Source of the DNA: Gemmatimonadaceae bacterium
GTDB taxonomy: Bacteria > Gemmatimonadota > Gemmatimonadetes > Gemmatimonadales > Gemmatimonadaceae
Length of the DNA: 64,000 nucleotides
NCBI GenBank assembly: GCA_045803545.1
Contig: JBJMOW010000005.1
Coordinates: 1,516,220 to 1,580,219 of the forward strand
Direction: 5' to 3'
Numbering within the stretch: the first letter of the stretch is position 1; every line of letters starts with the position of its first letter. Position numbers and translations under genes: made by a program. Of the stretch, positions 27,093 to 36,968 are shown piece by piece. The notes beneath the pieces were generated by a model. It saw only the letters and a program-made list of their open reading frames with translations, searched no databases and was not told the DNA's origin.

Positions 27093-28166
27093 CTACGGTG
27101 CATCGGCGTTCGTCAACGGCGGCGCGGTCGTCGGTCCGATAGCGGATCCGCCTAGCGGTGGCAACGTCGCGATTCGATTGAGAAATGCCTGGAGCGTGAT
27201 GCTCTCGGTCGCGATGCGCCAGGTGTAGCGCGAGTTGTCGAAGCGCGCGCCCGAGTACCATAGACTTACCGATTGAGAGGTCTGATCGAAGAGCAGGCTG
27301 GAGCGATAGACGATATCGTCGAACGCGGGAATCGCTCCGCGTGTCAGCACCGATCCCGGCGCGACGTCCCAGTGAACGCCGTCGACGCTCTTCGCGAAGT
27401 GGAGTGCCGCGGTCGTGCACGATCCGGGAACTTTCACATTGTAAATCGCCCAGAACTCACTTCGCTCGGGAATCCACTGCACGTCGATATGCCACGCAAA
27501 GGCTTCCGCCTCGGTCAAATCGGTGGTGATGGGATCCGACCAGTTTACACCGTTCGCGGATCGGCGTAATTCCACGGTAGTCGAGTTACTCGTGCAGCCG
27601 GTGGTGCCACTGTTGACCGACCACATTAGCCAGTCTCCCTGACCGCGCCGAACCACGGTTGGCGAAACGACGGTGTGGTTGATGCCGTGCACTACCAGTG
27701 TTGGCGCACTCCACGACGCAGGTGCTCCACCCTTGATCAGAAAGATCTGGTTCTCGGTGTTGACCGCGCGATAATAGAGCCAGAGCTCGTTCGTTTCCGG
27801 ATTGAATACCTGGTCGGGATCTGACAGATAGCCCGCATCCGGCCGCGCGATCGGATTCATCACGCCTGCCGGCACGAACCAATCGAGCGGAGAGCGCCTG
27901 GTGTAGAGTGAAGGATTCTCCTTGCTCGCGTCTCCGTTTGGATACGGAGTCGCGAACAACTCGGCGTCGCTTCCACCCCAGACCGATGGCGTGATCGCCG
28001 CGTCAGGGTGCACTGCCTGACCCGATCCATCGAATGTCTCCAGCGCGAGCAGGTGCACCGACGAGAGCGGAACCTTGGTTGGGCCCGCTGCATCGGCACA
28101 GGCAATCGCAAACACTGCGAGCGCCGCGCGAGATGACGTGAGAATCCTAAGGAATGTCGACGGCAT
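27093..28166 (-). CDS. Lipoprotein with 5-bladed beta-propeller glycosidase-like fold
   Basis: Lipobox AIAC, motifs HPD, SDPD and SPTV, and Asp-box-like S.NG.NWS and S.DG.HW. Confidence 0.65.
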   Translation of the reverse strand: MPSTFLRILTSSRAALAVFAIACADAAGPTKVPLSSVHLLALETFDGSGQAVHPDAAITPSVWGGSDAELFATPYPNGDASKENPSLYTRRSPLDWFVPAGVMNPIARPDAGYLSDPDQVFNPETNELWLYYRAVNTENQIFLIKGGAPASWSAPTLVVHGINHTVVSPTVVRRGQGDWLMWSVNSGTTGCTSNSTTVELRRSANGVNWSDPITTDLTEAEAFAWHIDVQWIPERSEFWAIYNVKVPGSCTTAALHFAKSVDGVHWDVAPGSVLTRGAIPAFDDIVYRSSLLFDQTSQSVSLWYSGARFDNSRYTWRIATESITLQAFLNRIATLPPLGGSAIGPTTAPPLTNADAP

Positions 28167-28284
28167 CGCTGACTTAGTCAGGGTAGCAGCGAAAACCGTT
28201 GCCGGCGAGAATCAATTATGTGAACAATTTGTAACGCACACCTTCCATGCCCGCGCCATTAGAGGAGCGCTCTGCGATCAGGCC

Positions 28285-28815
28285 TTAGTCGAGCGACACG
28301 GCGAAAACGCGGTCGGTCTGGATGTCGGTGCCCAATATGAAGTCGTGAGAACCGACGTCACGGAATCCGCATTTCGTGTAAAACGCCTGGGCTCGTCGAT
28401 TGTGCTCCCACACACCGAGCCAAAGCGTCTCGCCGCCGAGGTCTGACGCGATCGCACGCACTTCGGCCATCAGCCGCTGCGCGATGCCTCGACCCTTCCA
28501 CGCTGAATCGACATAAAACCGAAGCAGCTCGATCGGCGACGGCCCGGCGACGCAGGGTGGCGGTGGATCGCGTCGGAGCTGCGCATAACCAGCGAGCGAT
28601 CCATCGATCTCTACCAGCAGCGTGGCGTACGCAGCGTCGGCGATCTCGCGCGCTTGATGCTCGGCGCCGAACGTCGACTCGAGAAACAGCGCCATGTCCT
28701 CCGGGCGATTGTCGGGACCGAAAGTCTCTGCGAATGTCCGCGCCGCAAACTCCGCCAGCGCATTAGCGTCGGATACCGACGCCCGGCGAATCATAGCGTC
28801 ACCAGAGCGAATCAT
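28285..28815 (-). CDS. GNAT N-acetyltransferase (PaiA-like)
   Basis: Motifs RFYV...KGRGIAQRLM and LWLGVWEHN.RAQAFY.K.GF. Alternative start at 28794. Confidence 0.9.
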   Translation of the reverse strand: MIRSGDAMIRRASVSDANALAEFAARTFAETFGPDNRPEDMALFLESTFGAEHQAREIADAAYATLLVEIDGSLAGYAQLRRDPPPPCVAGPSPIELLRFYVDSAWKGRGIAQRLMAEVRAIASDLGGETLWLGVWEHNRRAQAFYTKCGFRDVGSHDFILGTDIQTDRVFAVSLD

Positions 28816-28826
28816 CGCGCGCGCGC

Positions 28827-28860
28827 CGCTTCCCGCCTCTCGCTTCCCACCTGCCGCTTC
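28827..28860. repeat. Degenerate GCTTCCC/GCCTCTC heptamer remnant
   Basis: CCGCTTCCCGCCTCTCGCTTCCCACCTGCCGCTTC is the reverse complement of GGGAAGC-type units and follows the upstream stop. Confidence 0.6.
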
Positions 28861-28861
28861 A

Positions 28862-30526
28862 CTACCGCAGCCCGTACACTACCACGCGATTCGAGAACGT
28901 CGGAAGGTAAACGTGACCGTTGGCGATCGTTGGCGCGGCGAACTTCGCATATGTGCCGGCTGCATCGCGCGGGTCCTGGAGGTTGTTCCACAGCTCCTTC
29001 GTGACGTCGTCGGCGTCGAACGCCCTCAGTATTCCCGGACGCACATCGTGCTCGGCGTCGCCGTTCGCGGCGTAGGACGCCCAGAGAATTCCGGTGCCGG
29101 TTTGATTGCCGTTCGATGAGACCGACAAGATCGCGCCGCTTTGTCCGACTGGACCCGGCGCGGTCGCCAATGTTTGACTTTGTGGGCTGAGCATATTGCT
29201 CGCGCGGTCGAATGGAATCGCGCGCAGAGGATCGTTCTCCGACCACACGTACACGAACTCCTTCGAGCTTCCTTTGTAGTAGGCAGCCTGACAATGCATG
29301 TTGATGTCGTTGCTGCCGAGGGTAACGATTTGTTGAACGTTGTTGGAGGAGGGCCGGTAGCCGCCCATGTCGTCCTTGTTCAGCAAATACAGGTTCCCAT
29401 CCTTCCCACCGGTCAGATAAAGATTCGAGTTGGGAATGAGCAGTGCGCCCATTCCTCCGTAATCGAGATCGAAATCGTTGAGGAACTGGTAGTTGTAGGG
29501 CGTGAAATAACTGGCGACGCTCAACGACGCACCGCTCGGCGTGAGCTTGAGTGCGCTCGAGCCGCGATTCGTCGGATCGGTTGGATCACCGTTGTCTCCA
29601 ACAGTGCCGTTGCCGGTGACGACGTAGAGATTTCCCTGGGCATCTGCGGCCATCCCCATGCCGCTTTCCCACAGGCCGCCCGCATAACCGTTGGGCGTGT
29701 CGTTGTAGACGACTCTTGGATTCAGAGACGCGGGGTCGTACCCGAGAATCCATCCGTGAAACGGCCCCCAATCGCAGTGCGATGAAAACGTGACGTACAC
29801 GCTGCCGTTGACGAGCGTCAATCCCTGCCGCTGGTTCTGTTTCTGAGCGTCGAAGTCGATCGAGCCATTGGCGCTGCCGTCGCCAGTGCCGTCGTAATTG
29901 GCGGTGATCTGCTTCGGACTGCCGATCGTCTCACTGCCGTCGATGATGTTCACGGCGTGTAGATGCTGAACGAACGTCGTGCCCGTCGTGCTCCGAGCTA
30001 CGAAATAAATCTTGCCCGTTCCAGCATCGATCACGGGCGTACCGACAATACCGATGTTGAAACTGAAATCCTGGTACCCGCCACTACACGCGCCTGTCAT
30101 GTCGAATCGTTGCGGCGGGCGCATTCCCGGCGCGGTGAAATTCTTCTTCCAGTAGAGCGTGCCGTTGTCGCCGTCAAACGCGTAGACGGTGTTGTTGACG
30201 GTAGCAATGATGACGATGTTGCGATAAGTGCCGTTGATGAGAACGTGTCCCGCGACCAGCGGCTGCGCATAGACCTGATCGTCAACCACCAGCGTGAACA
30301 CCAATCCAAAGTGCTGAAGGTTGACGTTGGCGGTGGTCAGCTCCTTTTCACTGTCATTCCAGCCCGAACGATTGTTGTCGTTGTGCTGGGTGAGCACCGA
30401 CACCGACTGGTTGGGTGGTGGCGGAGGTAGAGGATTGCCTCCGCTGCTGGTCGGCGCTTCGCTATTTCGACAGGCGGCGAACAGCAGAGAGGCGAGCGGG
30501 AGCGCGAGTCTCCTGAATCGTCTCAA
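28862..30526 (-). CDS. PQQ-like beta-propeller lipoprotein
   Basis: Lipobox FAAC, a poly-Pro linker, and motifs VLTQHNDNNRSG, GIVGTPVID and PTIANGHVY. Confidence 0.8.
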   Translation of the reverse strand: MRRFRRLALPLASLLFAACRNSEAPTSSGGNPLPPPPPNQSVSVLTQHNDNNRSGWNDSEKELTTANVNLQHFGLVFTLVVDDQVYAQPLVAGHVLINGTYRNIVIIATVNNTVYAFDGDNGTLYWKKNFTAPGMRPPQRFDMTGACSGGYQDFSFNIGIVGTPVIDAGTGKIYFVARSTTGTTFVQHLHAVNIIDGSETIGSPKQITANYDGTGDGSANGSIDFDAQKQNQRQGLTLVNGSVYVTFSSHCDWGPFHGWILGYDPASLNPRVVYNDTPNGYAGGLWESGMGMAADAQGNLYVVTGNGTVGDNGDPTDPTNRGSSALKLTPSGASLSVASYFTPYNYQFLNDFDLDYGGMGALLIPNSNLYLTGGKDGNLYLLNKDDMGGYRPSSNNVQQIVTLGSNDINMHCQAAYYKGSSKEFVYVWSENDPLRAIPFDRASNMLSPQSQTLATAPGPVGQSGAILSVSSNGNQTGTGILWASYAANGDAEHDVRPGILRAFDADDVTKELWNNLQDPRDAAGTYAKFAAPTIANGHVYLPTFSNRVVVYGLR

Positions 30527-31122
30527 TTAGTGAGTCGTGCTCTCGCTGCGCGCGCTCTGGCCGCAAACGCTTTGGCGTCCTCGGGACTGAAACTCTCCAT
30601 TAATGGAGTGTTGTCGATCTCGACATCACGGAAAACCTCTTCGCCATTCGATCGCGTCAGCTGGAGACGACCGTCATCGTATTTCGCGTCGGCAAGATCA
30701 CGCAGGTTATAAGCGATTCCGTGATCGAACAGCGATCCGACGGCAGCGATCGCCATCTTCGCGAAGATCCTGTTCATGGTGCTCTGGGTCGAGTCTTTCG
30801 AACCCTGCGAATTCATGTGCTGGAGACCGCGGTCGGTCATTTGAGCGACGATGGTGGTGTCCATCAACAGCAATGCCGCGTCTCCGTTCTCGCTCACGAT
30901 CGCGAAGCGGGCGCGAGCGGTCGTCACGCGGTCGACTACGTGGGCGATCGAGTCGTGAACGCTGATCGACACGTGCATGGACGAGGTGTCCTGCGCGGCG
31001 ACGGGTAGGGCGATCGTCGTTGCGATGAGCAACAGGCCGTGTATCGGAAGCCTGGCGATTTTCAAACGGTACTCCGGATGGGGGCTAACGAGTCCTACGC
31101 CGTTTGCTCCCTGCAGTTTCAT
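30523..31122 (-). CDS. Secreted hypothetical protein
   Basis: Hydrophobic signal-like segment ending in AAQ. Overlaps the next gene. Start uncertain. Confidence 0.55.
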   Translation of the reverse strand: MKLQGANGVGLVSPHPEYRLKIARLPIHGLLLIATTIALPVAAQDTSSMHVSISVHDSIAHVVDRVTTARARFAIVSENGDAALLLMDTTIVAQMTDRGLQHMNSQGSKDSTQSTMNRIFAKMAIAAVGSLFDHGIAYNLRDLADAKYDDGRLQLTRSNGEEVFRDVEIDNTPLMESFSPEDAKAFAARARAARARLTN

Positions 31123-31171
31123 TGGCTATGGCTTGCCACTCATCTTGGCACCGGGGCGCCATTGCCGCCAG

Positions 31172-32566
31172 TCAATCCGCGCGCATCAGGTCGCGCGTCG
31201 CGTGCCAGCTCCGTCTCACGGAATCTCGTCTCGTCGAGTCCGCCTTGTATTCGCTGAGACTATCCCATTGAGCCTGGCGTTGCTGTTGATCGAGCCGCGC
31301 GGGTTTCAATCCATTCAACCGATCGCGTGCGGCGGATAATTCGTCCGGGAGAGGCGAAGGGTCGGCGCGCGTTGCGTCGCGATTGCCGCCTCGCGCGTGG
31401 ATGGCGCCTGTCTCATCGAGCAGGTAGCTGCGGAATCGTTCGCCGAGCCGGGTGTTGAATGGAGCGAGCGTCGGTCGCGATGAGCTCGGAATCAACAGCG
31501 TGTACGATGCGATCTTCCCCGCTGCATTGCGACGCGGAATGTAGACCATGTGACGACGTTCCACATAGGCGTCTGAAAGCCGCCCCGGATATTCGCGGTG
31601 CGGTTTCTTAGCCGCGTAATCCTCTAGTCGATGTTGCGCGACCAGCAGGTCCGCGAGCGGCGCTGCATTCACAACGTGCACCGAATCGAGCTTGCCATCT
31701 ATATCCACGGCTTCACGCAGAACCCCGGTCTGATCGACCCAAAGCTTGTGCACCGGACTGCCGCTGCGGGTTTTCTCCACCAGCGTCAACAGGAATTGCG
31801 CCTTGCTGGGCCGCGCGTAGTCCACTGTGTACGCACGATCGGGAATCCGGTCGAGGGTCTTTCCACAATTGACGCCGCGCTCGGTTGCGCTCGCCGTGCG
31901 CAAGGCGCTGAGTGAGTCCGGAAAGCCGCGGCTCAGCTTGGCGTCGTTGCCGAATGACCACAGGCAGAGATAGAGCGGCTCGATGGTCTCCGCAGTCTGA
32001 TCACTTCTATAGTATGGCCCGGTATCGGAGTCGTAGCTGTGGACCATGTTCCACGCCGACTGGTATCCGGCGAGCGAGAGCAGCGCGAAACCGGCCAGGG
32101 CGCCCAGGTGGGGTCGCGCGCGAGTCACGCCAAGTGATGCGCGAACGGATTTGTACATCAATCGCAGCAGCGTCGGGATCATCAACCACAGAAACAAAGC
32201 CCACGCCGGACTGGTGAAGAAGAACAGAAAACTGTAGACGATTCCCATCTGCGTCTCGCTCGATCCGTGGACGTACGAATCGACGACGCTGTAGAGGAAA
32301 AGGAGAACGACGGTCGCGGGGAATGCGATGCCCATCGCCAGTCCCTTCTCTTCCGGCTTTCGTCGCAGTGCGTACACGACGAACGCGAAGCACCCCAGGA
32401 AGAACAGCGCCGCGGGTAGCAGAACTCGCAGTGATTTCCAGAGTGGCCCGGTGTCGTCGTTCTGAAAGAAGGCGACGAAATAGATCAACACCGTCAAGAC
32501 CATTCCAAAGAGCGCGGTGTTCCTGGCGGAAACGTGTGGCGGTTTGTTGCCGAAGAATCCGTCCAT
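31172..32566 (-). CDS. Hypothetical membrane protein (about 5 N-terminal TMs plus a soluble domain)
   Basis: Long ORF with hydrophobic N-terminal helices. Confidence 0.6.
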   Translation of the reverse strand: MDGFFGNKPPHVSARNTALFGMVLTVLIYFVAFFQNDDTGPLWKSLRVLLPAALFFLGCFAFVVYALRRKPEEKGLAMGIAFPATVVLLFLYSVVDSYVHGSSETQMGIVYSFLFFFTSPAWALFLWLMIPTLLRLMYKSVRASLGVTRARPHLGALAGFALLSLAGYQSAWNMVHSYDSDTGPYYRSDQTAETIEPLYLCLWSFGNDAKLSRGFPDSLSALRTASATERGVNCGKTLDRIPDRAYTVDYARPSKAQFLLTLVEKTRSGSPVHKLWVDQTGVLREAVDIDGKLDSVHVVNAAPLADLLVAQHRLEDYAAKKPHREYPGRLSDAYVERRHMVYIPRRNAAGKIASYTLLIPSSSRPTLAPFNTRLGERFRSYLLDETGAIHARGGNRDATRADPSPLPDELSAARDRLNGLKPARLDQQQRQAQWDSLSEYKADSTRRDSVRRSWHATRDLMRAD

Positions 32567-32679
32567 ACATCCCGGACGAATTTCTGAGTGAACGCGATAC
32601 CGAGCAGCGCCCGAATTGATTTCGAATTTCTCTTATCTGCTTTGTGTGCTCACTGTGGTTTGTGATTGGGCGGGATAAG

Positions 32680-32707
32680 GGGAGGCGGGAGGCGGGAGGC
32701 GGGAGGT
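32680..32707. repeat. GGGAGGC x3 plus GGGAGGT heptamer array
   Basis: Read directly. Lies next to the hydrolase stop and has the same ending (GGGAGGTGA) as 23003-23025. Confidence 0.9.
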
Positions 32708-32709
32708 GA

Positions 32710-34329
32710 TTATGGCTGCAGCTTTAGAGTGAGCCAATCGGCGATCACGCCCAGAACGACGGGATCAACTTTGTTCGTAGTGAGATTCGAGTAGTATCTC
32801 GGATTGCCGGTGGGATCCGTGATGAAAAGGTGATTGTGGTCGGGGAACACACGGACAGTGACGTCCCGATTGCCACCCGCACGAAACGCGGCCGCGAGTT
32901 TCTCCGCTTGTTCCGCTGTCACTTGCCGGTCGGTTGCTCCCTGAAGAATCAGCACCGGCGCCTTTACTCTCTTCGCCGTCGTGTCGGGCGCATAGGTCAA
33001 AAAGAACTTCATCCACGGATTTCTCGCACCAAGCGAATCGATCTGGATAGCTCCAAGTCGCAGCAGCGAATCTCGTTTGGCCGCAGTTAGCGTAGTATCG
33101 TGCTCGACTGCGTAACGCTGCTGGTAGCGAATGATGTCCCTCCCGTTATAGGCGGAGCCGGCCATCAGTACGATCGCCTTGACCTTTGGATCCTTCGCAG
33201 CGACGAGCGGCGCGATCAGGCCACCTTCGCTGTGGCCGATTAGAGCAATCCGTGCTGGATCGATGTCGCGTCGGCTCCTCAGATAGTTTACCGCAGCACT
33301 GATGTCACCGGCGAAATCCATACTGGTGCTCGTCGACGGATTGCCCGTGGAGCTGCCTACGCCGCGATCATCCAATCGCAACACTGCGATTCCACGGCGG
33401 CCAAGGGTGTCTGCAATTTGGCGAAACGGGCGATAACCACCGGCGATGGGGAGATATTCGTCGCGATCCTGCTGACCCGATCCGGTTATCGTAACGACCG
33501 CTGGAACGGGAGCTTTTGCGTTCTTCGGCAGGGTGAGTGTTCCGCCGAGGATCACATCTGGCCCATTGGGTATCGATACATTCTCGGCCGTGTACGGAGC
33601 GCCGGCGGGGGCCGAGTAATCAGGTTTGCCAAATGTGAGGCTCGCCGCAGTTGCCTGATCAACGCGCGAAATCGACACGGCCATTGCCGGCGCGACGCCG
33701 CCGAGTATGCGGCCGACGGGATCGACCTTGAGGCGATATTCCTGGCCGGCGACGGTCACGACCATTGAATCGGTGCCGACGGAAATCACCGTCGCATTCA
33801 TGGTGACGCCGCCAGCAGTCGCGAAGACTGGAACCGTGAATGGATGGCTTGACTCGACGCCTGTGTTGGGGGCTGACCGGGCTTTCATCGTCAGTTGCTC
33901 GAAGACAGTCATGGAAGAAGGTGCGAGCATCACGGCACCGGCAGTTGTCTTGATGCGTTGCGTCTGCGATTGCCCACTGCCACCGCGGATCTCGGCGATT
34001 GCGCTGTCGCCTTTCATTGTGATCACCGCGGTTTGGGCGGGAGGAGCATCGGCCGCTGCGTTCAGCAAATAGACCTGAAGGGTCATCTGCGGAATCGTAA
34101 AGTCCTTCGCCGTTTTGGCTACGTAGACGAACCGTGCCTGGGTTTTGACGGTGAGATCGACGTTGATCGAGTCCGGCGTGCGCGTAAATCGCTCGATGGC
34201 GCCGGTATCGCCGCGCTGAATCATCACGAAGGCGCCACGATCGGACACTGCTTGCGCAAAGGAGGTAGCGGCCAGAAGCGACGCGGAGATTGCGGAGAGC
34301 AGCACTGCGCTGAAGAGCCTTGATTTCAT
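32710..34329 (-). CDS. Secreted alpha/beta hydrolase (S9/DUF3887-type)
   Basis: Signal peptide, motif ITGSG.QDRD, GHSEGG nucleophile, QGATD.QV and NHLF. Confidence 0.88.
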   Translation of the reverse strand: MKSRLFSAVLLSAISASLLAATSFAQAVSDRGAFVMIQRGDTGAIERFTRTPDSINVDLTVKTQARFVYVAKTAKDFTIPQMTLQVYLLNAAADAPPAQTAVITMKGDSAIAEIRGGSGQSQTQRIKTTAGAVMLAPSSMTVFEQLTMKARSAPNTGVESSHPFTVPVFATAGGVTMNATVISVGTDSMVVTVAGQEYRLKVDPVGRILGGVAPAMAVSISRVDQATAASLTFGKPDYSAPAGAPYTAENVSIPNGPDVILGGTLTLPKNAKAPVPAVVTITGSGQQDRDEYLPIAGGYRPFRQIADTLGRRGIAVLRLDDRGVGSSTGNPSTSTSMDFAGDISAAVNYLRSRRDIDPARIALIGHSEGGLIAPLVAAKDPKVKAIVLMAGSAYNGRDIIRYQQRYAVEHDTTLTAAKRDSLLRLGAIQIDSLGARNPWMKFFLTYAPDTTAKRVKAPVLILQGATDRQVTAEQAEKLAAAFRAGGNRDVTVRVFPDHNHLFITDPTGNPRYYSNLTTNKVDPVVLGVIADWLTLKLQP

Positions 34330-34393
34330 CGATTTTGTCGGGTGTTTGGCTATTACCAAGGTAACGGGAACATTACGTGCTAAATCGGCACTC

Positions 34394-34894
34394 ATGTTAG
34401 GTGAGCGCCTTCGGGATCGTGCTGAGGAGTTGATCGCAAAATACGTGGCGCGGATGCGCAGCGAGCCGAGGATCCCCAACGCAAAAGAGCTCTCTCAGCC
34501 AGTGCTGGAAGACCACGCCATGAGCCTCCTCGGCGATGTTTTCCAGTCGATCGTCATCCTCGAGCGGGCCACCGAGCTCAGGCATCTCGACGAGTCGTAC
34601 CTGCTGAAAGACGGCAGTCAGATCCAGCGCCTGGTCGCCGAGCTGCACGGCCGGCAGCGGTTTCGTATGGGCTGGACTCAGGACGCTCTGAACCGGGAGT
34701 ACGAGATTCTGCAGGAAGAGACCAGAGCGCTGTTGAAGCGACAGTCACAACCCGATGTCGCCGAGCACATGGGGTGGGCGCACGAGTATATGAAGCATCT
34801 TCTCGATCGCGCGCATAAAGCCAGCTATGCCGCTTTCGGAGCGGCGGCGAAAGAATCACCGGAGCACGCGGACGCGACACCTACGGCTGTCTAG
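34394..34894 (+). CDS. Stand-alone RsbRD_N-like domain protein
   Basis: Paralog of 10924-11445 (motifs HAMS.LGD.FQS and ELHGRQR.R.GWT). Confidence 0.7.
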   Translation: MLGERLRDRAEELIAKYVARMRSEPRIPNAKELSQPVLEDHAMSLLGDVFQSIVILERATELRHLDESYLLKDGSQIQRLVAELHGRQRFRMGWTQDALNREYEILQEETRALLKRQSQPDVAEHMGWAHEYMKHLLDRAHKASYAAFGAAAKESPEHADATPTAV

Positions 34895-34944
34895 CAACTG
34901 GCATTTGCTTGACCGCGCCGGATGGTCAGTGTAATTCCTTAGAT

Positions 34945-35850
34945 ATGTTCCGAAAGCCACGCGACTCCGAGATCGACGTCTTCGGTATGACTCACGTCGG
35001 ACTCAAACGGCCGAGCAATCAGGATCACTTTCTGATCGGATCACTACGGCAGCGATTCAACGTATGGCAGTCGAGCCTGCCCGATTTTTCAGAACTGCCG
35101 CTGGTCGAAGACAGGCTTGCGTCGCTGATGATGGTCGCGGACGGAGTCGGTGGGGGTCGCAAAGGCGAAGAGGCGAGCCAGCTCGCCGTCGCAGCGCTCA
35201 CCAACTATATCACCGAAAGCGTGCGGTGCTACTACAGCGCCGCGCGCGGCGATGCGGATTTCACTGCGGCGCTCGAGCAGGCCGCGTACCGCTGTCACAA
35301 CACCGTTGTCGAGGAAGCGTCGAAGCACCCTGAGTTCGAGGGGATGGCGACGACGCTGACGCTGTTCATCGGGGTGTGGCCGTGGTGCTATTTGCTGCAG
35401 GTCGGCGACTCGCGTTACTACCAGTATCGCCAAGGTCACCTGATCCAGATCTCGCGCGATCAGACGATGGCGCAGGAGCTGATCGACAGCGGCATGTTTG
35501 CCGCGGCGGTGAACAAAACGGGGCTTACCAATATCCTTTCGTCGTCGATCGGTGGACCTGAGACGATGCCTGTCGTGAAACGGCTCCCGAATTCGTGGAA
35601 CACCACGCATCTGCTTTGCACTGACGGTCTCACCAAGCACGTTTCCGACGCTCGCATCGCCGAGCGCCTGGGGGAGATGAGGTCAGCGCAGCAGGCGTGC
35701 GAAGCGCTATTGCAGGATGCGCTCGATGCTGGCGGGACGGACAACGTTACCGTCGTAGTCGGGCGGGCTGTGCCGACGGCCAGCATCGACGTGATGGATA
35801 CCGGCGAAACTCCAGCCGTTAGCGCCGGCGCTGAGAGCACCTCGCGGTAG
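34945..35850 (+). CDS. PP2C-family Ser/Thr protein phosphatase
   Basis: Motifs THVG.KR.SNQD, VADGVGG, VGDSR, LCTDGL and GGTDNVT. Confidence 0.93.
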   Translation: MFRKPRDSEIDVFGMTHVGLKRPSNQDHFLIGSLRQRFNVWQSSLPDFSELPLVEDRLASLMMVADGVGGGRKGEEASQLAVAALTNYITESVRCYYSAARGDADFTAALEQAAYRCHNTVVEEASKHPEFEGMATTLTLFIGVWPWCYLLQVGDSRYYQYRQGHLIQISRDQTMAQELIDSGMFAAAVNKTGLTNILSSSIGGPETMPVVKRLPNSWNTTHLLCTDGLTKHVSDARIAERLGEMRSAQQACEALLQDALDAGGTDNVTVVVGRAVPTASIDVMDTGETPAVSAGAESTSR

Positions 35851-35853
35851 CGC

Positions 35854-35906
35854 GTTCAGTTCCAGGCGAAGAGTTCGGTTCCAGGCGAACCGTTCAGTTC
35901 CAAGGG
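35854..35906. repeat. 19-bp tandem repeat (GTTCAGTTCCAGGCGAA..), about 2.7 copies
   Basis: Units start at 35854, 35873 and 35892. The last unit carries the aldo/keto reductase stop codon. Confidence 0.8.
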
Positions 35907-36862
35907 AAGCTGCTCCGCGCTCGCCAGTAGTCGTTCGAGCTAATCGCTAATTCTCGCAACTGATCCTCCAGGTCCGCCGAGTATTCGAGCTCACGTAGGA
36001 CGCTGGTCGCCTGGACCTGACCTACCGTCGCCGCGCCGCTCAGTACGAAATTCGCCCATGGGCGGGCGAGGGCAGCGGCGAGAGAGAGCATTTCTATAGT
36101 AGTGCCGCTCTTTTCGGCAATTTCTCTGATTCGCTGAATGCCGTGGGAGAAAACGGGATCGATGTTTGGATTGCTCTGAGTCAGTCGCCCGTTCGCCAGC
36201 GCTTCCTTGATGACGATGGTCATCCCGGCGTTGTGCGCTTTCACCAGCGCCGATTCGGCCCCGCGCTCCAACAAGTTCCAGGTCGCCTGCGCTGAGTCGA
36301 AAACGCGTCGACCGTCGCGTTGCACGTCGATGGCCTTGAGAATCGCGTCTGCCTGGTCTGGGCCGCTGGTGGTGATGCCAGCTCTGACTCCCTTCTCCGT
36401 CAACCGCGCGATTGCATCGATCAGAGCAGCATCATCAAGGGTTTTGCTCTCAGCCGTCACCGAGTGGATTTGGTAGAGCGACAAATAGCCGTTCAATCGC
36501 TGTCGAGTCTCGCTGATTTGTCGATTGAAAGTCGACACGGAGTGATCCTTCACCTCGTGCCGCTCGGCGCGCGTCGCCCAGCCTGCGGTGTAGGTGTATC
36601 CCCACTTCGACGCAACGGTCACGTCACCGGGCGCAAGCTTCCGCTCCTTCAGCCACGACGCGAAAAAGTCTTCCGCTTTTCCGTATGAGCGCGCCATGTC
36701 GTAGTAGCGGATGCCCGCATGATACGCGGCATCCAAAACTTCGTGGGCGTGCGATTCCATCGCAGCGGGATCGAGCTCCCCGCCGAGGTCGGCGGCGTGG
36801 GTGAGTGTGACGTATCCAGGGCGCCCGAGAGCTGCCATGCCGAGTCCGAGCTGCGCGGTCAT
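35894..36862 (-). CDS. Aldo/keto reductase
   Basis: Motifs LGLGMAALGRPGY, YDMARSYG.AE, ASKWGY and LYQIHS. Confidence 0.9.
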   Translation of the reverse strand: MTAQLGLGMAALGRPGYVTLTHAADLGGELDPAAMESHAHEVLDAAYHAGIRYYDMARSYGKAEDFFASWLKERKLAPGDVTVASKWGYTYTAGWATRAERHEVKDHSVSTFNRQISETRQRLNGYLSLYQIHSVTAESKTLDDAALIDAIARLTEKGVRAGITTSGPDQADAILKAIDVQRDGRRVFDSAQATWNLLERGAESALVKAHNAGMTIVIKEALANGRLTQSNPNIDPVFSHGIQRIREIAEKSGTTIEMLSLAAALARPWANFVLSGAATVGQVQATSVLRELEYSADLEDQLRELAISSNDYWRARSSFPWN

Positions 36863-36968
36863 TGCAGGAACATAGCGTGTCAGCCCCGCGCGCTCTAACG
36901 CGATGGTTCGCCGGGAATTAGTTTCGGTTTTCTCGCTGGCCCGACCCTCAAATTCGCAGTCCATTACG

